From an uncultured bacterium (GTDB lineage Bacteria > Hydrogenedentota > Hydrogenedentia > Hydrogenedentales > JAEUWI01): a stretch of 18,022 nucleotides of DNA. A model generated the notes under the pieces. It made no database searches. It was given only the letters and a program-made list of their open reading frames with translations, and had not been told where the DNA came from. Below, piece after piece: positions 14,314-18,022 of this stretch (position 1 is its first letter; each line of letters opens with the position of its first letter). The translations under genes and the position numbers were made by a program. The stretch spans positions 1 through 18,022 of the forward strand of contig CAXBPH010000134.1 of NCBI GenBank assembly GCA_963977445.1, read 5' to 3'.

Positions 14314-15333
14314 ATGAATGTTGTAAAAGTACGCACGCGAAAGCCCCGACGGGTTCTTTCTTTTTTGTGCTCCGAGTTATCACTCAAGCGAGACGATTCC
14401 TGTATCGTCCTGAGTGACCGGGGCGAAGAATTTGGCACCTGCATCCTCCCTCCGGAACCCTGGCCAGACGATATGGAGAAACGTATCTCCATGAAAGTGC
14501 TGCGCCAAATCACGGATAAGGACCAAAAGGACCGTACCTATATCGAGAGCGAAGAGCTCCGGGCGCGGGAAATCTGCCTTAAGAAAATCAAAGGCCGTAA
14601 ACTCCCGATGAAGCTGGTGGATGTTGAAGTAACCTTCGACAAGAAGAAAATCATCTTCTATTTCACCGCCGACGACCGGGTTGATTTCCGGGAGTTGGTC
14701 CGCGATCTGGCCCACGATCTTCGTGCCCGAATCGAAATGCGCCATATCCAGGTCCGGGATGAGGCAAAGATGGTCGGTGGACTCGGCGGCTGTGGTCGCG
14801 AGCTTTGCTGCAGCAGCTGGATGAACGAATTCCGTCCCATCTCCATGCGTATGGCCAAAGCACAAAACCTTTCGCTCAATCCTTCGAAGATAAGCGGTCA
14901 GTGTGGTCGTCTGCTCTGCTGCCTCAGCTATGAGAATGAACAATACGAGGCCATGCGAAAAAAGGCCCGACAGGACGCCAAAGACCGACTGACGAAGGAA
15001 GCCCCTCGCCAGATACTAGACGCGACAAAAGAAGTCGCACCGGCCCCTGCCGAAGCCCGAGAGAAGCCGGCACAAAAGCGCGAAGGTACTAAAGACCGCC
15101 AGACCCCGCCCCCGAGCCGTGGCTCCAGTCGTCGTGGCCCCCGAAGTGATGGACCGACACCGGCAGACACGCCCGCAAGCCCAACCGTGGCCAAGGCGAG
15201 CACACCGGACGCGCCACCGACTGAAGGAAGCGCAGAGGGCGGCGATAAAACGGAAGCCCGGAAACGTCCACGCCGTAACCGCAAGCGGAAACGGGGTCCC
15301 CGTCCACCAAGGAGTGAAGGGGGCAAGGACTGA
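14314..15333 (+). CDS. ricT: PSP1 domain protein / RicT (YaaT) homolog with long basic disordered tail
   Basis: FYFTADDRVDFRELVRDLA..RIEMRHIQVRDEAK, GGLGGCGRELCC, MAKAQNLSLNPSKISGQCGRLLCCLSYE. Follows holB as in the conserved tmk-holB-yaaT order. Confidence 0.93.
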   Translation: MNVVKVRTRKPRRVLSFLCSELSLKRDDSCIVLSDRGEEFGTCILPPEPWPDDMEKRISMKVLRQITDKDQKDRTYIESEELRAREICLKKIKGRKLPMKLVDVEVTFDKKKIIFYFTADDRVDFRELVRDLAHDLRARIEMRHIQVRDEAKMVGGLGGCGRELCCSSWMNEFRPISMRMAKAQNLSLNPSKISGQCGRLLCCLSYENEQYEAMRKKARQDAKDRLTKEAPRQILDATKEVAPAPAEAREKPAQKREGTKDRQTPPPSRGSSRRGPRSDGPTPADTPASPTVAKASTPDAPPTEGSAEGGDKTEARKRPRRNRKRKRGPRPPRSEGGKD

Positions 15334-16118
15334 TGGGACTGGTCGACACCCATTGCCACCTGCAGAGCGAACGCTTTGACGTGGATCGGGATGCGGTCCG
15401 TGACGCCTGTCTTGAAGCCCTCGATTGGCTCGTGGTTATTGGCGACGATCTGCCCAGCAGCGAAGCCGCTCTGAAATTACTTGGCCCCCGTATTTTTGGT
15501 GTGGTCGGCATGCATCCCTACTACGCGAAAGACTTTGACGACACTACCATCGAATCCCTCCGCCGTATGGCCGCCACGCCCCAGGTAGTGGGTCTTGGTG
15601 AGATGGGGCTGGATTACTTCAACGAATACTCTCCCCGGGATGCCCAAGAGCGTGCATTCCGACTCCAGCTTGATTTGGCATGCGAATTGGACCTCCCCAT
15701 TGTGATTCACAATCGGGAAGCCGACGAGGATTGCTACGCAATTCTGAGTGAGTACGCCGACCGCCTTGCCGGGTGTATCATGCATTGCTTCGGAAGCGGC
15801 CCAGACTATGCCCAGAAATTTCTGGACCTGGGTTTCTACATATCCTTCGCGGGCAATGTGACCTTCAAAAAGGCGGTAACATTACAGGCGGCAGCACGGG
15901 TTGTTCCCCTGGACCGATTGCTGGTCGAAACGGATGCGCCCTTTCTGGCCCCCGTGCCCGTGCGTGGAAAGCGATGTGAACCCCATTATGTTACCCATAC
16001 AGCCGCCTTTCTGGCCGATCTGAAGGGCGTAGCGCTGGAGGAACTCCAGTCGCACACCACGGCGAATGCGCACCAGATCTATCGCATCCCCCGACACGCT
16101 GATTGCACCGCAGACTGA
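15333..16118 (+). CDS. tatD: TatD family hydrolase (DNase)
   Basis: VDTHCHL, GMHP, GEMGLDY, PIVIHNRE, MHCF, LLVETDAPFLAP. TGATG 1-bp overlap with ricT. Confidence 0.95.
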   Translation: MGLVDTHCHLQSERFDVDRDAVRDACLEALDWLVVIGDDLPSSEAALKLLGPRIFGVVGMHPYYAKDFDDTTIESLRRMAATPQVVGLGEMGLDYFNEYSPRDAQERAFRLQLDLACELDLPIVIHNREADEDCYAILSEYADRLAGCIMHCFGSGPDYAQKFLDLGFYISFAGNVTFKKAVTLQAAARVVPLDRLLVETDAPFLAPVPVRGKRCEPHYVTHTAAFLADLKGVALEELQSHTTANAHQIYRIPRHADCTAD

Positions 16119-16192
16119 CCGGGTCTGCCCGAGCCAACCAGACGGATGCCTCCCGCAGGCGTGGATGGTTGCGCCAATTCTAGTGAGTAAAA

Positions 16193-17956
16193 ATGATGAG
16201 TGCACACGCCACATACGGCTATCTTGAGTTCCCCGGGGCCGACGCCGTGCGTATCTACGCCGATCCCATTGAGGTCGTCACCGCCCATACGGTAGAAGAG
16301 GTCCTCCCCGCCTTGAAACGGGTCGAATCCCGCGTAGGCACGGGACTCCATGCGGCTGGCTTCGTCGGCTACGAGGCCGCACCTGCTTTTGACCCGTCCT
16401 TTCAGACCCACTCACCCGGCCCCCTTCCCCTGCTCTGGTTCGGCCTCTACGAACATTGGCATGCTGCTCTCCCGGCTCACCAAGCCCCCCTGACGGATAG
16501 GGACATGCCCACATGGACCTCCCACGTCTCCCGATCGGAGTACAAGGATGCGCTGGCCCGAATTCGACATCAGATTGGCGCGGGAAACACCTACCAGGTA
16601 AATTACACCTACCCCACCACCGCCCACTTCGACCTAGACGGCTACACCTGGTTTAACGACCGGATCCACGCCCAACGGGGGGCCTATAGTGCTTATCTGA
16701 ATGTGGGCGACCACCAGATAATCTCCCTCTCACCCGAGCTGTTCTTTTCCTTGGGAGACTCGGTCTTGACGAGCCGCCCCATGAAGGGAACGCGTCCCCG
16801 GGGCTTCAGTGCCTCCCAGGACCAGGCCCTCGCGGCGGCCCTTCGCTGTTCCCCGAAGGAACGGGCCGAAAACCTCATGATTGTCGATATGCTCCGCAAT
16901 GATATGGGACGGGTCTGCACGACGGGTTCGATTCAGGTACCGGAACTCTTCTCGATTGAGCAATACCCGACAGTCTGGCAAATGACCAGTACCATTACCG
17001 GAGATTGCCACGCCTCCGTACCCGAAATTTTCCAGGCCCTGTTCCCTTGTGCCTCCGTAACGGGTGCGCCAAAAATTGAAACCATGAAAATCATCCGACA
17101 GCTGGAACAGGTCCCGCGCGGTGCCTATTGCGGGGCCATTGGCTGGTGGAGCCCTGACCGTCAGGCGCGATTTAATGTAGCGATTCGAACTGCCGTCGTT
17201 GAGACGGAGAGCGCCCGGGCCACCTACTCCGTCGGGAGCGGCATCACCTGGGATTCGGTTGACGACCAGGAATTCGAAGAGTGCCAGACTAAGACGGCCG
17301 TCCTTCATCACCACATGCCCGAATTTGAACTACTCACTTCGCTCCGGCTGGACGACGACGGCTATTTCCTCCTCCCCTACCACCTGGACCGCTTGGCCCG
17401 CTCCGCCGCGCATTTTGATTTTCAATTTGACCGCGAAGTGGTGAGTGAAACGCTGGAGGCGTACCGCGCCGAAGTGGACGAACTACCCGCGAAGATTCGG
17501 CTGTGTGTAAACCGCCTCGGCACCCTGACCTTGACTCACAGCACCCTGCCTGAAGGGGAACCCTGGAAGGTGGGCCTGAGTAGCGTATTCATGGACACCG
17601 AACAGCCCTGGATCTATCACAAGACCACCCACCGCGACTGCTACGACACCGCCCGTGCCACACGCCCCGACTGCATGGATGTCATTCTTACGGATTCGGA
17701 AGGACGGCTTACGGAAGCGACCTATGCCAACGTAGTGCTGGAAATTGAAGGCCGAAAGCTCACGCCTCCACTGGAAAATGGTTTGCTCGACGGCGTCTTC
17801 CGTCGCCACCTGATTGAAACAGGTGTATTGGAAGAGCAAACGCTAAGGGTGGACGACCTCGCCCGGGCGGATCAAATCTTTCTCATTAATAGCGTCCGCA
17901 AGTGGATTCCCGTGGCGTGGCAGCCCCTCGAGGAAAAGGCGTCGCTAGGAGTCTGA
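16193..17956 (+). CDS. pabB: Aminodeoxychorismate synthase component I fused to class IV aminotransferase (ADC lyase, PabC-like) domain
   Basis: AGFVGYEA, GNTYQVNYT, SLSPELFF, RPMKGTRPRG, KERAENLMIVDMLRND, LFPCASVTGAPK, RGAYCGAIG, VGSGITWDS. C-terminal HLDRL, HKTTHR (PLP Lys), LTEATYANV, GLLDGVFR, LINSVR. Confidence 0.93.
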   Translation: MMSAHATYGYLEFPGADAVRIYADPIEVVTAHTVEEVLPALKRVESRVGTGLHAAGFVGYEAAPAFDPSFQTHSPGPLPLLWFGLYEHWHAALPAHQAPLTDRDMPTWTSHVSRSEYKDALARIRHQIGAGNTYQVNYTYPTTAHFDLDGYTWFNDRIHAQRGAYSAYLNVGDHQIISLSPELFFSLGDSVLTSRPMKGTRPRGFSASQDQALAAALRCSPKERAENLMIVDMLRNDMGRVCTTGSIQVPELFSIEQYPTVWQMTSTITGDCHASVPEIFQALFPCASVTGAPKIETMKIIRQLEQVPRGAYCGAIGWWSPDRQARFNVAIRTAVVETESARATYSVGSGITWDSVDDQEFEECQTKTAVLHHHMPEFELLTSLRLDDDGYFLLPYHLDRLARSAAHFDFQFDREVVSETLEAYRAEVDELPAKIRLCVNRLGTLTLTHSTLPEGEPWKVGLSSVFMDTEQPWIYHKTTHRDCYDTARATRPDCMDVILTDSEGRLTEATYANVVLEIEGRKLTPPLENGLLDGVFRRHLIETGVLEEQTLRVDDLARADQIFLINSVRKWIPVAWQPLEEKASLGV

Positions 17957-18010
17957 CTCCGAATCCGCGCGGATGCACGTTTGGCCCCAGTGCGCCGGAT
18001 GCAAGGCGCA
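17948..18010. repeat. Cluster of short palindromes after pabB/C stop
   Basis: ggagtc-t-gactcc (17948-17960), atccgcgcggat (17963-17974) and tgcgcc-ggatgcaa-ggcgca (17991-18010). Confidence 0.4.
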
Positions 18011-18022
18011 GAAACAACGCGA

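Overview
GC-rich bacterial chromosomal window with three blocks and no tRNA, rRNA, transposase, integrase, cas or phage genes that I can recognise. (1) 1-4950 is an accessory catabolic block: the 5' end of an LLM (luciferase-like) monooxygenase running off the left edge, an exported NHL beta-propeller protein, and an AraC regulator divergent from a secreted SdsA1/BDS1-type alkyl sulfatase plus an NmrA/isoflavone-reductase-like gene. (2) 4951-11400 starts with a ~1.1 kb non-coding gap carrying REP-like palindromic repeats and candidate sigma-54 promoters. It is followed by a cytoplasmic sugar cluster (GT4 fused to a six-hairpin-glycosidase-like domain, an enlarged GH130, and a convergent second GT4) and a PadR gene with a near-consensus sigma-70 promoter and overlapping operator. 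(3) 11647-17956 is a housekeeping run: tyrA-tmk-holB-ricT(PSP1)-tatD-pabB/pabC fusion. The best candidate for an uncharacterised system is the GT4-fusion/GH130/GT4 cluster, possibly for intracellular mannoside synthesis and turnover. All family calls come from motif recognition by eye, not database searches.
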